Part shown: piece after piece, positions 63,158-64,000 of the stretch | Layout of the letters: every line of letters starts with the position of its first letter | Position numbering within the stretch: the first letter of the stretch is position 1 | Source of the DNA: Laetmonice hystrix | Lineage: Eukaryota | Reading direction: 5' to 3' | Length of the DNA stretch: 64,000 bases | Assembly: GCA_965235115.1 (NCBI GenBank) | Contig: OZ249436.1 | Location: 31,064,001 to 31,128,000 of the forward strand | Position numbers and translations under genes: made by a program | The notes under the pieces: generated by a model | Databases searched by the model: none | What the model saw: only the letters and a program-made list of their open reading frames with translations | Told to the model about the DNA's origin: nothing

Positions 63158-64000
63158 ATCACGTCAGTTGAGGATAATCGATGTGCACACCCATCACCTG
63201 TACCTGCACCCTGACCCTATACATAGCAACTACTTATCTCTCTTTGATCCTTCGAGACATTCAATCGAAGAACCGAGGATTCGTATCAAAACGTGCAATT
63301 ATCGACATATGTCGACAGTCTTGCGCCCTGTGTTCGCCTCCGTGAACCCTTTGTTCTCGTAACAGCAACGCTTTTGTTTTAATTTAATGAAGAAGAGATT
63401 TTACAAACTGTTGACTGTTAGCACGCCCCCAAAGCCGCGCACCCACCCACACACAAAACTCACATACCCTGAAAATGGATCCGCCATATAGAATAGTGAC
63501 AGTGACTAGTTTAGTCAACATCAGTGACTCTCGGAAAAAAGGACTAAATTCACTCGGGGTCTGGCGGTCAATGAAACCAAATAGAAGACGATTTTGAAAC
63601 TAAAGTAGCGTCTCATGGATTATCGGGTAGCACTACATCAGGTGTGACAGATAGTATAGGCCAATAGACAAAGGCGTACAACCATGCAGTCCGCCAGTCG
63701 ACTGTTCATTCATCTGCCTGGTTTTAATTTATAATACCGCTCTCTGACTAAATTTATACCGTAGTTCTAAACGTCATTGAACAAGTCGAATCCCGCAATG
63801 AATGACGTCGCTTTCCTGGAAGAAATGCACACAGCAACATTGTTAGATTTAGGAATCTCTGGTTATTAATATCGAGAGATCAACAACACTTACTAAGTTA
63901 TGAAACGTTATGTGTAAGCTTTATTGGTTCGACAAGGAAGGAGGAGTCTATACTGACACTTGCCGTAGAACGATCAAACACACATCATGTACTTCGAAAT

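Noticed and set aside
62479..63362. Long ORFs in all six frames (126-286 aa)
   Set aside because: Artefact of a stop-free 29-bp minisatellite; the unit is not a multiple of three, so every frame cycles through the same peptide.

Overview
Intron-rich, AT-rich animal genomic DNA, probably from a lophotrochozoan invertebrate (inferred; the taxon cannot be proven here). I reconstructed six spliced genes by hand from splice sites and reading phase. (1) A 5'-incomplete calexcitin/sarcoplasmic calcium-binding protein-like EF-hand gene (+, 872-2812). (2) A C2H2 zinc-finger locus (+, ~9.6-26.5 kb). (3) COPE (-, 10 exons). (4) HAUS1 (+, 9 exons), head-to-head with COPE. (5) A BBOX1-like dioxygenase (+, 7 exons). 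(6) An uncharacterised, probably secreted or GPI-anchored Cys-patterned protein (-, 7 exons). The standout is the zinc-finger locus. One constant coding exon carries a compact non-BTB N-terminal domain and ends in a phase-0 donor at 11424/11425. Five separate stop-containing zinc-finger exons follow, each with its own phase-0 acceptor. This resembles the insect lola/broad/mod(mdg4) constant-plus-variable architecture. The newest variable exon arose by a recent tandem duplication whose junction is preserved as a 41-bp array. The rest of the window is dense with MITEs (several nested), a LINE fragment, a decayed MULE-like foldback element containing a 50-bp satellite, and a 29-bp minisatellite. 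No transcript or database evidence was available, so all gene models are predictions.
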